Shown here: positions 36,301 through 46,573 of the stretch, piece by piece | How positions within the stretch are numbered: position 1 is the first letter of the stretch | Layout: every line of letters starts with the position of its first letter | Assembly (NCBI GenBank): GCA_040752415.1 | Contig: JBFMGU010000041.1 | Span: 1 to 52,978, forward strand | DNA length: 52,978 nt | Reading direction: 5' to 3' | From: Myxococcota bacterium | GTDB taxonomy: Bacteria; Myxococcota; JACRCW01 | Program-made: the position numbers and the translations under genes | The notes under the pieces: model-generated | Seen by the model: only the letters and a program-made list of their open reading frames with translations | Databases searched by the model: none | What the model was told of the DNA's origin: nothing

Positions 36301-38019
36301 TCAGCTGGCAATCCGCGTGGGTTGCCGCGTCGTGCGGTGCATCAATGCGCGCTGCAGTGCCTCCAGCAACGCGCGCGGCGGAAACGGCTTCTGCAGGAAC
36401 TCCGGTGAGCGCCCCGTCCCGCGCGGCCGGTCCAGGAGCGTGTCGGCGTAGCCCGACATGAGGACCACACCCATGTCCGGGTGCTCGCGCGTGACGTGCT
36501 CCATGAGCTCCAGGCCGCTCTTGCCCGGCATCACCACGTCGGAAACCACGGCGTCATAGGCCTCCGCTTCCAACCGGCCAACGGCCTCCTCCGCGCTGCC
36601 CACGCCGTCCACCTGGTAACCCGCCTCCCTCAACACCCGCACGGCCACACCACGAAGGTGCACGTCGTCCTCCACCAGCAACACGCGCTCATGTCCTCGG
36701 GGCAGCTCGGTCGACGAGGCCACGTGACGTCCGGACGCCTTCTGCTGGGAGAGGGGCAGGAAGACGCTGAACCGGCTGCCACGTCCGGGCGTGCTGTCGA
36801 TGGTGATGTGGCCTTCATGCTGTTTGATGATGCCAAAGGACGTGGCCAGCCCCAGCCCGGTGCCGCGGCCCAGGCCCTTGGTGGTGAAGAACGGCTCAAA
36901 GAGGCGCGCGCGGATCTCCTCACTCATGCCGTGCCCGGTATCCTCGACGTCGACCCGGGCCCAGCGCGGCGGACCGGCCCGCGCCTCCAGGGAGGTCCAC
37001 TGGGGCGGATTGCAGGTGCTGAGCGAGATGGTGATGGTGCCTCCGTCGGGCATGGCGTCGCGCGCGTTCACCACCAGGTTCACGAACACCTGCAGGACCT
37101 GTCCGCGGTCCGCGTCCACCAGCACCTCCTCCGCGCCACGACGCGTCTCCAGGCGCACCTTCTCGCCCAGCAGCCGGGTGAGCATGCGCTCCAGCTCTTC
37201 CAGGATCTCGTGCAGGCTGGTCACCTGCTTCACCAGGATCTGACGACGAGCAAAGGCGAGAAGCTGGCGGGTGAGGTCGGCGGCGCGGGTGGCGGCGTTC
37301 TGGATCTCCTGCAGGTCCCGACGGGCGAGGTGGCTTGCCTCCAGGGATTCCTCCGCGAGGCTGGCGGACCCGCCAATGACGGTGAGCAGGTTGTTGAAGT
37401 CATGCGCCACGCCACCGGCCAACCGGCCCAGGCTTTCCAGCCGTTGCGAGTGTCTGAGCTCCTCCTCCAGCTGCGCCGCCCGACGTTGTTCCTCCAACAG
37501 CTCCCGGGCCTTGCGCTCCGCGTCCGCCCGTGCCGCCTCCGCCTGCAGCAGCGCGCCCTCCATCATCGTCCGGCTGAACACGATGCCCACCATCACCATG
37601 ATGAAGAGCATCAGCGTCTGCGGTTGGAGCATGACGCACTGCCATCCTGCGCGGAGGGACAACCCGGCAATCTCGAAGACGACGACGCCAATCACCCAGG
37701 AAGGCGACGTCAGGATCAAAGCGATCACCGGGGGAATGAACAGTGAGAACGAGGGGACCTGCGTCAGGTAGGGCTCTCGGAGCGTGACCACCGTGAGCAG
37801 CGTGATCAGCACCACGGTGACCTGGCGCGCCAGTCTGAATCCCCGCCCCAGCGCAACGTGGAATCCCAGGTAGATGACCGCGCCCGCGATGATGGCCAGC
37901 AGGTACGGGCTCTGATCGTCGAACAGGGCCACGTGCACGCCCAGCAGCGCAACCAGCACCGCCTGCAGCACGGCGAACGCCGAAGCAACGCGTTTGTTCC
38001 CCACCCCGGAACTTCGCAC
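36301..38019 (-). CDS. Membrane-bound hybrid sensor histidine kinase with receiver domain
   Basis: TM region; LAGGVAHDFNNLL; NLVVNARDA; DTGHG; FFTTK; GTGLGL; LLVEDD..SDVVMPG..KPF. Confidence 0.95.
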   Translation of the reverse strand: MRSSGVGNKRVASAFAVLQAVLVALLGVHVALFDDQSPYLLAIIAGAVIYLGFHVALGRGFRLARQVTVVLITLLTVVTLREPYLTQVPSFSLFIPPVIALILTSPSWVIGVVVFEIAGLSLRAGWQCVMLQPQTLMLFIMVMVGIVFSRTMMEGALLQAEAARADAERKARELLEEQRRAAQLEEELRHSQRLESLGRLAGGVAHDFNNLLTVIGGSASLAEESLEASHLARRDLQEIQNAATRAADLTRQLLAFARRQILVKQVTSLHEILEELERMLTRLLGEKVRLETRRGAEEVLVDADRGQVLQVFVNLVVNARDAMPDGGTITISLSTCNPPQWTSLEARAGPPRWARVDVEDTGHGMSEEIRARLFEPFFTTKGLGRGTGLGLATSFGIIKQHEGHITIDSTPGRGSRFSVFLPLSQQKASGRHVASSTELPRGHERVLLVEDDVHLRGVAVRVLREAGYQVDGVGSAEEAVGRLEAEAYDAVVSDVVMPGKSGLELMEHVTREHPDMGVVLMSGYADTLLDRPRGTGRSPEFLQKPFPPRALLEALQRALMHRTTRQPTRIAS

Positions 38020-38130
38020 GACGTTATTTCTACCATCGCCGCGCGTTCGGTCGCAGGACCAACACCACGGCTAGGGCTTCCACGGGGTGCCACCAGTGTG
38101 GAAGGGCCACGGATTTCCCGTGTGAGTGAG

Positions 38131-39048
38131 TTAGCGCCGGGCGTGCTCCAGGGTGCGGATGAAGCGCAGTGTACGCGTCATGACGTCGGTGTAGTCGCTG
38201 GAGGGCTCGTCGGGATTCATGAAGGTGTGCCCGCGGCCGGAATGACTGAGCAACTCACAAGGATTGTCGTGACGACGCATCTCCGCGCAGAACCTCTCCA
38301 CGGTCGCGTGGGGCATCACGTGGTCGACGGTGCCGTGGAACATGATGGTGGGCGGAAGGTTGGCGCGGATGTGCTCGCGCGGAGACAGCTCACGGTACCG
38401 GGGCCCCAACACATCCGCGCCGAAGCCCTCGGTGGGAGACGTGTCTACCACCGCGAAGAACAACACCAGTGCGTCGGGGCGCGACGAGATGGAGCGGTCC
38501 TCGTCGGCCTCATCCAGTCCGTCTATCAGCGCCGCGCAGGCCGCGACATGCCCACCCGCGGACGCCCCGGCGGCAATGACGCGCTGCGGATCCACGCCCA
38601 GCTCACGCGCATGCGCACGAACCCACCGGACCGCGGACTTTCCATCCCGCACGGCCTCCCACGGCGTGGTGTGATGTCGCTTGCTCACGCGGTACTCGGC
38701 GCAGAAAGCTGCCACGCCAGCGGACGCCAGCTCCGCGCAGTGGCGGTAGTAGTCCCGGGGACTTCCTTCTGACCACGCACCACCGTGGAACAACACGAAG
38801 GCTGGACGCCCCGTGACGGGCGGGTCACCGCGCGGCTCGAACACGTGCAGCGAGAGCGAAACGTCGCCCACCTGCTTGAAGGTCACAACGCGGTCGGGCG
38901 TGGGGCCCGTTACTTTCGGAGCGACCACGGCGGCGGGCGCGGGGACGGCGGGCGCATCGCGGTTGCAGGATAAGGCGGATCCCGCCAGGAGCGGCATACC
39001 CACGACGAGCAAAACGCCCCCCCGCAGCACCGTCGCACCACCGCCCAT
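38131..39048 (-). CDS. Alpha/beta-hydrolase esterase (HSL/BD-FAE-like), probable lipoprotein
   Basis: HGGAW, GASAGG, HGTVD, HTF; SALS-C lipobox-like. Confidence 0.9.
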   Translation of the reverse strand: MGGGATVLRGGVLLVVGMPLLAGSALSCNRDAPAVPAPAAVVAPKVTGPTPDRVVTFKQVGDVSLSLHVFEPRGDPPVTGRPAFVLFHGGAWSEGSPRDYYRHCAELASAGVAAFCAEYRVSKRHHTTPWEAVRDGKSAVRWVRAHARELGVDPQRVIAAGASAGGHVAACAALIDGLDEADEDRSISSRPDALVLFFAVVDTSPTEGFGADVLGPRYRELSPREHIRANLPPTIMFHGTVDHVMPHATVERFCAEMRRHDNPCELLSHSGRGHTFMNPDEPSSDYTDVMTRTLRFIRTLEHARR

Positions 39049-39062
39049 GGCCGCACCCGACG

Positions 39063-40454
39063 TCAGAACTGGAAGTAGATGAACGCCTTGGGATTGTCCT
39101 GCTTGAAGATCACCACCGTCGTCAACAACAACAACTGCGTCGCCAGCTTCCAGCCCCATCCCCAGCGCGCATAGCGCTGCAAGAGCCCCCACCTCTCCTC
39201 CAGCGCCTCGAAACTCAGGAACGCCGCGATCCCGAGCCAGAGCGAGCCCTGCACCGCGCCCACGGAGATTTCGGGCTCCGCCAGGAAGAACGCACAATAC
39301 TCGAGGATCTCGGTGGCCTGGGCGAAGGAGTCCGCGCGGAAGAACACCCACGAGATGAGCACGAGGTGGAACGTGATCAGCACACGCCACCAGGGTCGCG
39401 CGGCCCCAGCGACGACGCCACCGTTGATTCCCAACAACCTTTCCCCGCACAGCAGCACGCCGTGGTATCCGCCCCACAACAGGAACGTCCACGCTCCCCC
39501 GTGCCACAGTCCCCCCAGCAGCATGGTGATGAGGAGGTTGCGGTAGGTCCGCCACGCGCCGTGCCGGTTTCCACCCAGGCTGATGTACAGGTAGTCGCGC
39601 AGCCACGTCGACAACGAGATGTGCCACCGACGCCAGAACTCGGTGACGCTGGCGGCAATGTAGGGGCGGTTGAAGTTGATGGTGAGGTCGTAATCAAACC
39701 ATCGGGCCACGCCGCGCGCGATGTCCGAGTAGCCACTGAAATCGAAGTAGATCTGGAAGGCAAAGAAGTAGACGGCCTGCACCACCAGGAACGGCGTCTT
39801 GGCCACCTCGTCGCCAAAGTATGCGTCCACCACCGGCGCCAGGTGGTCCGCCAACAGCATCTTCTGCACGTAGCCACGCGCCACCAGACAGGAGCCGTCG
39901 CAGATGTTCTCGAAGGTGAGGCGCTTGGGCAGCGCGAACTGACCGAGCAGGTGGCGCGCTCGCGCAATGGGACCCGCCACCAGCTGCGGAAAGAACAACA
40001 CGAAGCACGCGTAATGGACGAAGTTGCGTTGCGCGCGAATCACCCCTCGGTACACGTCGATGGTGTAGCTCATCGCATGGAACGTGTAGAAAGAGATCCC
40101 GAACGGCAGGATGAGCTCCAGGGAGAGCGGCCTGGCCCCGGCGACGTTGGCGACCAGCTCCGAGAACAGGTTGAAATACTTGAATGTGAACAACACCCCG
40201 AGGTTGGTGGCCACGCTCATCCAGAGCACCAGCTTCCGGGTACGCGGTGCTTGCGCTCTCTCGAGCAGCAACGCCGCGAAGTAGTCCAGCGTCATGGTCC
40301 CGAGGAGGAGGAAGAGGTAGCGCACGCTCCAGTGCGCGTAGAACCAACAGCTGCACACCAGGAGCCAGATGTTCCGCCAGCGGTCGGGGAGCAGGAAGAA
40401 CGTCCCCAGGGCCACGGCCAGGAAGGCCACGAACTCCGTCGAAACAAAGCTCAT
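39063..40454 (-). CDS. MBOAT O-acyltransferase (AlgI/DltB/PatA-like)
   Basis: LPFGISFYTF, FFPQLVAGPI, FDFSGYSD, FWRRWHISLS, GLWHG, terminal FIYFQF. Confidence 0.95.
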   Translation of the reverse strand: MSFVSTEFVAFLAVALGTFFLLPDRWRNIWLLVCSCWFYAHWSVRYLFLLLGTMTLDYFAALLLERAQAPRTRKLVLWMSVATNLGVLFTFKYFNLFSELVANVAGARPLSLELILPFGISFYTFHAMSYTIDVYRGVIRAQRNFVHYACFVLFFPQLVAGPIARARHLLGQFALPKRLTFENICDGSCLVARGYVQKMLLADHLAPVVDAYFGDEVAKTPFLVVQAVYFFAFQIYFDFSGYSDIARGVARWFDYDLTINFNRPYIAASVTEFWRRWHISLSTWLRDYLYISLGGNRHGAWRTYRNLLITMLLGGLWHGGAWTFLLWGGYHGVLLCGERLLGINGGVVAGAARPWWRVLITFHLVLISWVFFRADSFAQATEILEYCAFFLAEPEISVGAVQGSLWLGIAAFLSFEALEERWGLLQRYARWGWGWKLATQLLLLTTVVIFKQDNPKAFIYFQF

Positions 40455-41446
40455 GGCGTCTTTGCCACCAGCTCCAGGCGCAACCTGCTTGCCAGCTCCG
40501 CGGAGAAGGCCGCCGCGCCGTGGATGTTCATGTGCCCGGTGTCGCTCCAGTATTCCGCGCGCGTGGCCCAGGCAGTGTCATTGCCAAGGAACACGAATGC
40601 TGAAGCGCCGTGCGCGGTAGCGAGACCACGGACCAGCTCCGCTTGCTGGAGATTGACAGACTCCGTCGCGCGCAACGCGTGCATGGGCGTGATCACCAGC
40701 AGGGGCCTGCTGCCGGCGCTGCGAATGAGGTCGAGGATGCGCCCCACCGTGTTGGTGGCGAACGGGTTGACCGGGAGACTGCGCAACGTGCTTCGCTCCA
40801 TCTGCGCCCGTGCTTTCTCATCCCGGAGCTGATCGACGAGAGAACGCTCCGCGGGCCTGGGCTGGTACCCGTCCGTGGGCGGCGGCACCTCACCGCGCAA
40901 TACACCCTCGAACGCCTTCAACAGCACGGTGCCTTGCCCCGCGTACTTGAACAGCCCGCTCGACAGCCACAACATGGACGTACCGTAGATGCCGCTCAAC
41001 GACGCGAGCCGGCCCAGCGGCATCAACGTCCAGAACAGCCGGCGACGCCACAACTCCTCGCGTGCAACCTCCAGGGTGTCGTCCCAGACGCCGTCGTCCA
41101 GCACCACCATGACGTAACGCGGCTGCAGGTGTGCGAGCGCGATGTTCAGCGTAAGCTCAATGTTGCCCAGCCCATCCACCACGCGGCCCGCGTTGAAGAA
41201 CCGCAGCCCGGTCTCCCGCTGCAGGATCGCCGGGTCCAAGTGCTGCGCCGCTCGACACGTCCCCACCACGAGCACGTCGGTGTCCGTGGCGCGCACCATG
41301 CGCGGTAGCAGGTTGTCCGGCCAGTGTGGTGAGGCCACCACCGAGTCGCCGACGGCGAGCACCACCTGATCCACCGCGATCAACGCCGCCACCGCGACGA
41401 TGGCGCGGAAGACTGCGAGGCGGGGTTTGTGTGCAACCAGCGTCAT
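40451..41446 (-). CDS. SGNH/DltD-like acyltransferase partner of the MBOAT
   Basis: N-terminal TM; LVVGTCRA block I; WSDTGHMNIHGA DxxH block; 4-bp overlap with the MBOAT gene. Confidence 0.78.
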   Translation of the reverse strand: MTLVAHKPRLAVFRAIVAVAALIAVDQVVLAVGDSVVASPHWPDNLLPRMVRATDTDVLVVGTCRAAQHLDPAILQRETGLRFFNAGRVVDGLGNIELTLNIALAHLQPRYVMVVLDDGVWDDTLEVAREELWRRRLFWTLMPLGRLASLSGIYGTSMLWLSSGLFKYAGQGTVLLKAFEGVLRGEVPPPTDGYQPRPAERSLVDQLRDEKARAQMERSTLRSLPVNPFATNTVGRILDLIRSAGSRPLLVITPMHALRATESVNLQQAELVRGLATAHGASAFVFLGNDTAWATRAEYWSDTGHMNIHGAAAFSAELASRLRLELVAKTP

Positions 41447-41583
41447 GGCGTTCCGGCCGCGTCCAAGGCTCCGTCGTCGTGGAACGTGCAGCGGACGCAG
41501 GGTAGCGCCATCCCACGCACGGGTGAAGCGCCGCCACGGCTTGCCTGCTGCGGGTACCGATCCCGTCTTTGTCGTCGTGGCAC

Positions 41584-43743
41584 CTACTCGCGTGCGATCA
41601 TCCACTGCACCAGCGCCATGACCGTCTCGCGGTATTGCCACAGCAGGATCACCACCAGACCCACCGCGATCTTGGTGCCCACCCACCAGCGTGACTGGGG
41701 CGCACCCTCGACGTCATGCGGCTGCGCGGCGGCGTGCACACGCAAGGCGTGGGCCACGGTGTCCTTCAGCTCCACGCGCGAATTGGCCGGCCGCGGTGGT
41801 CGACGCGTGAACAACGCCCCCAGCTCGCGCGTGAGCATGAGGCGATCATTGAGCGCCCAACCCGCGCCCTCGAGCACAATGGCCAGGTTCCGCTTGCGCA
41901 ACTTGAGCCATCCCAGAAGCGCGCTCGGCGCGGACACCACCAGCACCACCGCGAGCATGGCATTGAACACATCCAACAACGTGAGGCTCTTGAGCTGCCC
42001 CATCATGAACGCCAGCGACGATCCCACCGCCGCAAACGCCACCCCGCCACCGGCAATCAGGGCTCCGGTCCCCGGCGCGGGGGTGGCCGCGGGGACGGGC
42101 TCCTTCTTGGCCGCGCCGGTGTACGCGGTCTCCAGTCCCACGTCGAGACTCTTCTCACCCGCCTGGCTCAGCGCCTCGATCTTCCCGCCGATGAAACGTC
42201 CAATGCGTGTGAACGGCGCGGTGGCGGCTTCCCACAAGGAGACGGGCTGACGCACCACGTGCGTGATGGTGGCGTCGTACTCCTGGCCCAGGTGGTCATA
42301 GAAGACGCCGCGCTTGCCCACCGCGAATCCCGCGCTGGTACCCCACGTCACCGGAACCGCCACCTCCAAGGACTCCTCGCCACCTCGTCGCTGCAGGGCC
42401 ACGTACGCAATGAACATGGTGCCCTCCTCCGCCAGCTTGCTGTGTGCCGCGCGGTCCGGCACCAGCACCGCGAAGGAAAGCTCCCGTCCCGCCAGCACGA
42501 GCCGTCCCCGCTCGAACAACGCGTGACGGTCCGGCGCGTAGAGGTCGGGCATGCTGATGAAGTTGTTGGCGAAGCTGAGCAGCCAGCGCTGGTTGAGGAC
42601 CAGCCGCTCCAGGTCACCCATCGCCGCCACGCGGTCGCGCAGCGCCAGGTCCTCCTCGGAGAATGCGCGCAGGCGGTTCAGCTCGTCGTCGGTGATGGTG
42701 CGGAGCGCGTCGCCCAGGCGGAGCACGGGGTCGTCCTGGGTGGGGCGATACCAGGCCAGGATCTCCTGCGCGCATTCCTTCAGCGCTCGCCACTGCGCCT
42801 CGGTCATCCTCTCGCCGGCGCCGACGTGGGGCGCTGCCTCGTCGTGGATGCGCTGCAGCACCTCGTGGAGGGGTCCGCGATTCAGGCGGCTCCACATCAG
42901 GATCCCGTCGGGATCCAGCGAGGCGAGCGGGAGGGAGGCCAGCGCCTCGTCGAGACCGCGCGGGTTGCCGACGAGCGCGTCCAGCTTCTCGCCCTTCAGC
43001 TTCAGGTGCGCCAGGGCTTCGGGCTGGCTCGCCACCAGGCGGCATTGGAGGAAGAACTCGTCGACGCGCGGCGTGACGCGCTCCACGTCCTGCGCCACCT
43101 CCACGCTGCGCGGTCCCAGCACCTTCACGCGCTCCCCGCGATCCAGGTGCTCCAGCGCCGCCTTCCGTCGCGCGCGGAAGGACTCCACCCTATCGACGTC
43201 GAAGCCCTCCTGCCCCGCGCGGTTCTTCCTCGGAGGGAAGGCCCGCATGACGTCGCGCGCCAGCTGGGCGAGACGGGGTTCCTGGATGGCCTCGGGCGCC
43301 ACCACGCCGTCGCCGTGGATGTGGTGCTCACGCAGCAACGCATCCGCGCCGCGGACCTGCTCCCAGCTGACGGCGTCGCGGGTGCTCGCATTCAGGTGCT
43401 CCAGGAGGAGCAACGCCGCGGCACGCACGTGGGACGCGTCGGCGGAAAGGTGACCAAGGCGCAACACATCGCTGCCCGCGTCGCAACCGGAGTGGTCCTG
43501 CAGCATGCGCGAGGTGAACGCCACCGCGGCACGCATCTCCTCCACCCGGATGCGACCGTTCCCGTCGGTGTCCATGAGCTCGAGGAAGCGGGAATCACAC
43601 CGCAATCCCGCGGTGGGACACGCCGTGGCCATCCACAGCGCCTCGGGCAGCCGCACGGCGGCCACCAGGTCATCCAAGCTCTTCAACTCCACCTGGAGCG
43701 AGCCGGCACAGCGTCGGAAGACAAGCGTTCGGGAGGCATTCAT
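41584..43743 (-). CDS. Conserved hypothetical membrane protein with N-terminal EF-hand-like motif
   Basis: LWMATACP, DTDGNGRIRVEE, GKRGVFYD, C-terminal TM helices; about 720 aa. Confidence 0.75.
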   Translation of the reverse strand: MNASRTLVFRRCAGSLQVELKSLDDLVAAVRLPEALWMATACPTAGLRCDSRFLELMDTDGNGRIRVEEMRAAVAFTSRMLQDHSGCDAGSDVLRLGHLSADASHVRAAALLLLEHLNASTRDAVSWEQVRGADALLREHHIHGDGVVAPEAIQEPRLAQLARDVMRAFPPRKNRAGQEGFDVDRVESFRARRKAALEHLDRGERVKVLGPRSVEVAQDVERVTPRVDEFFLQCRLVASQPEALAHLKLKGEKLDALVGNPRGLDEALASLPLASLDPDGILMWSRLNRGPLHEVLQRIHDEAAPHVGAGERMTEAQWRALKECAQEILAWYRPTQDDPVLRLGDALRTITDDELNRLRAFSEEDLALRDRVAAMGDLERLVLNQRWLLSFANNFISMPDLYAPDRHALFERGRLVLAGRELSFAVLVPDRAAHSKLAEEGTMFIAYVALQRRGGEESLEVAVPVTWGTSAGFAVGKRGVFYDHLGQEYDATITHVVRQPVSLWEAATAPFTRIGRFIGGKIEALSQAGEKSLDVGLETAYTGAAKKEPVPAATPAPGTGALIAGGGVAFAAVGSSLAFMMGQLKSLTLLDVFNAMLAVVLVVSAPSALLGWLKLRKRNLAIVLEGAGWALNDRLMLTRELGALFTRRPPRPANSRVELKDTVAHALRVHAAAQPHDVEGAPQSRWWVGTKIAVGLVVILLWQYRETVMALVQWMIARE

Positions 43744-43857
43744 GGCGACGGAACAGGCCTGATAGGTCGGCCCGCCCCACGGAACAAGCGCGCAGGGCAT
43801 GGCTACCACCCGTGACCTCCCGCTACACATCCACCTTCCGCTTTGTGAGGAGCTCCC

Positions 43858-45171
43858 ATGCCCAGGACCGCCACCCGCACCGCACCTTCCAAGCGCGCCC
43901 CCTCGAAGAGGACCGCCACACGGAACAGCGCCGCCACGTCGGTGGATCTGCCGCGCGCGCGCGCGTTCTGGTTGCACCAGCAGGGGTTGTCGAAAGGACA
44001 GTCGGGCACGGTCGAGGACGTCATCACGCGCACGGGTTGGCTGCGCACGCTGGGCGGCGTGGACGCCTACCTGGCCGCGCTGGCGCGCGTTCCCACACTG
44101 GAGCCTGGGCACCTCGACGACGCACTGAAAAGCGGGCGCGTCCAGGTGACGCCCGCGGTGCGCGGCTGCATGTACGTGGTTCCACGTGCGCACGTGCCGC
44201 TGGTCATGAAGGTGGCGGAGACGCAATCGCTGCCCCGCCTGGAGCGTGACCTGGAGAAGGCCGGCGTGCCACGCAAGGAGGTCGACGAGATTGCCCGGGG
44301 CGTGCTGGCCGCGCTGAAGAAGGCGCCGCTGTCGACGGAGGGATTGCGCAAGGCCCTGCCCGCCGGGCTGGTGCGCAGCCTGGGGGAGCGCGGGAAGAAG
44401 GTCGGGATGTCGTCGGCGTTGCCGGTGGCGCTGCGCTTCCTCGAGTTCGAGGGGAAGATCGTGCGGCTGGCGGAGACCGGCCGTCTCGACACCGAGCGGT
44501 ACGTCTGGCGCGTTGCCGAGCGGAACCCGTTCGAGGGCGCGGACATCCCGAGGGACACGCCGGGGCGCGTGCGCGCGTTGGCGGAGATCTTCGTGCGGCA
44601 GTTCGGTCCCGTCACCGCCAAGGAGTTCAGCGCGTGGTCCGGCTTTGGCGTGCGCGACGGCGTGGCGGCCTTTGCGCAGCTTCCCGTCACCAGAGTCGCC
44701 GTGGAAGGCCACGCTGACGACGCGGTGGTGCTGGACGAGCACGTCGCGCTGCTGCGCGAGGGCGCTCCCCACGACCTCAACCACTTCACGTTCCTGCCTG
44801 GTGAGGACAACGTGCTCACGGTGCATGACGGTCCCGCGCTGCTGACCCACCCGCGTCACCACGACGTGGAGATTGCCGTGTGGGGCAACACCCGCGGCTC
44901 CACGCTGGGCACCGCCAAGCACATTGGCGTGCGCACCATTATCTCCGCCGACGGCCTGCTGGGCTTCTGGGACTACGACGCCACGCGGAAGAAGCTGGCC
45001 CTGACCACGTTGGAGAAGCTCCCGGCCGCGCGCCAGAAGGCGCTGGAGGGCGCAGCCCACGGCGTGGCGTCCTTCCTGACAACGTTGGGGCACGCCCGGT
45101 CCTTCTCCCTGGACACCGACGAGGAGGTGGCCCGGCGCGCGCAGGCGGTTCGCGACTTCGTCCGTCGATAG
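43858..45171 (+). CDS. Winged-helix DNA glycosylase-like protein, AlkZ/YcaQ (HTH_42) family
   Basis: RBS GAGGAG; AVRGCMYVV, QFGPVTAKEFSAWSG, FLPGED.L, GLLGFW pattern. Confidence 0.75.
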   Translation: MPRTATRTAPSKRAPSKRTATRNSAATSVDLPRARAFWLHQQGLSKGQSGTVEDVITRTGWLRTLGGVDAYLAALARVPTLEPGHLDDALKSGRVQVTPAVRGCMYVVPRAHVPLVMKVAETQSLPRLERDLEKAGVPRKEVDEIARGVLAALKKAPLSTEGLRKALPAGLVRSLGERGKKVGMSSALPVALRFLEFEGKIVRLAETGRLDTERYVWRVAERNPFEGADIPRDTPGRVRALAEIFVRQFGPVTAKEFSAWSGFGVRDGVAAFAQLPVTRVAVEGHADDAVVLDEHVALLREGAPHDLNHFTFLPGEDNVLTVHDGPALLTHPRHHDVEIAVWGNTRGSTLGTAKHIGVRTIISADGLLGFWDYDATRKKLALTTLEKLPAARQKALEGAAHGVASFLTTLGHARSFSLDTDEEVARRAQAVRDFVRR

Positions 45172-45217
45172 TCGCGGGGACTTGCGTGGGGTGCCGGGGA
45201 TGATCAAGCTTGGGCGT

Positions 45218-45817
45218 ATGAAGTTGTCGTCGCGCGCGTGGGCGGTTGGGGTCGTCCTGGTGGGCCTGTCGTGCGTCGGCGGCAACGGGTCCGGTGCATC
45301 GTCGAGCAGCGGGTCCGCGGGGACCTCCAGCTCCAGCGGCGGTTCCAGCTCCGACGGCGGTTGCACGTTCTGCGGCTACTTCTGCGAGTGCTTTGGCGCG
45401 GACGACCAGGACATCACCACCGGCGCCGACGCGGGCACCTGCGCCGACCCCGAGGACGCCTGCCAGTCCGCGTGCGACGACGGCGTGGTCAACGCGCGCC
45501 TCACCGCCTGCGGTCCCAATGCCATCACGTCGTCCAGCAGCAGCTCGGGGGCGCCGTGTGGACGTTGTCGGTTCTCGTGCCGTTGTCGCGGTGGGCCACT
45601 GATGGAGACGCTGGTGGAGAACGCGGGCGACTGCTCGGATGCGGACGCGCGCTGTGAGTCGGTGTGCCTGGGCAACTTCGTGGTCTATGCCGCCGGCGTG
45701 CCGGATTGTGCGGGCGTGACGTCGTCGTCATCGGGCTCCGCGTCGTTGTCTTCCGCCACCTCCAGCTCCAGCGGAAGCACCTCCAGCAGCGCGTCCTCCA
45801 GCAGCTCGGGCGGCTGA
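45218..45817 (+). CDS. Small Cys/Ser-rich lipoprotein
   Basis: LVGLS-C lipobox; two CxxCxxxCxC...C...CxxxC modules separated by poly-Ser linkers. Confidence 0.7.
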   Translation: MKLSSRAWAVGVVLVGLSCVGGNGSGASSSSGSAGTSSSSGGSSSDGGCTFCGYFCECFGADDQDITTGADAGTCADPEDACQSACDDGVVNARLTACGPNAITSSSSSSGAPCGRCRFSCRCRGGPLMETLVENAGDCSDADARCESVCLGNFVVYAAGVPDCAGVTSSSSGSASLSSATSSSSGSTSSSASSSSSGG

Positions 45818-45862
45818 GACGGATTGCCAAGGCCGGTCCGGATGGGGCACAACGCGCGCCGC

Positions 45863-46540
45863 ATGCCCCGCCGCCCGACGACACCCGTAAGCACCGAGTG
45901 GACCCCGCGTGAGCGCCAGGTCCTGCAACGTCTCCGCACCCCGGAACACATCCAGGCCTGGCTCGACGAGACGCCCTACAGCACGGAGCCCATCTACCGC
46001 AGCCCGCGCACGGTGATGCGCGACCGGCGCGCGCACTGCTTTGACGGCGCGGTGTTGGCGGCGGCGGCTTTCCGGGAGCACGGTGGCCGCGCGTTGATCC
46101 TGGACATGCGCGCCCATCGCGACGACGACCACGTGCTCGCTGTCTACCAGCAGGACGGGTGCTGGGGCGCGGTGGCCAAGAGCAACTTCGTGGGGTTGCG
46201 CGCGCGGCAGCCCATCTACCGCAACCTGCGCGAGCTGGTGCTTACGTACTTCGAGCTCTATTACAACATGGACGGTGAGCGCGCGCTGCGCAGCTTCTCC
46301 CCGGCGATTGACCTGGACCGCGTGGGTCACCCCACCTGGCGCGTCGAGGACCGGTGCATGAAGCACATTGCCGCGCACCTGGACCGCGCCCCGCATGAGC
46401 CGCTGATGAAGCCGGCGCAGGTCCGCAAGCTCACCCGGGTGGACAAGCTGACGTACCAGGCCAACATGCTGGGCGTGGACCTCGACGGGGTCTATTGGCC
46501 GTCAGGGAAGAAGCGCGTCGCCCCGCCGAAATTGAGCTAA
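45863..46540 (+). CDS. Transglutaminase-like (Cys-His) conserved protein
   Basis: AHCFDGA, DDDHVLA, WGAVAKSN. Confidence 0.7.
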   Translation: MPRRPTTPVSTEWTPRERQVLQRLRTPEHIQAWLDETPYSTEPIYRSPRTVMRDRRAHCFDGAVLAAAAFREHGGRALILDMRAHRDDDHVLAVYQQDGCWGAVAKSNFVGLRARQPIYRNLRELVLTYFELYYNMDGERALRSFSPAIDLDRVGHPTWRVEDRCMKHIAAHLDRAPHEPLMKPAQVRKLTRVDKLTYQANMLGVDLDGVYWPSGKKRVAPPKLS

Positions 46541-46573
46541 GCGGAATCCCGCGGCGTCTGCTAAACGGCGTCC

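Noticed and set aside
43744..45366. N-terminal extension of the 1260-aa minus-strand ORF
   Set aside because: It is antisense to the AlkZ-like and lipoprotein genes; the plausible start is 43743.
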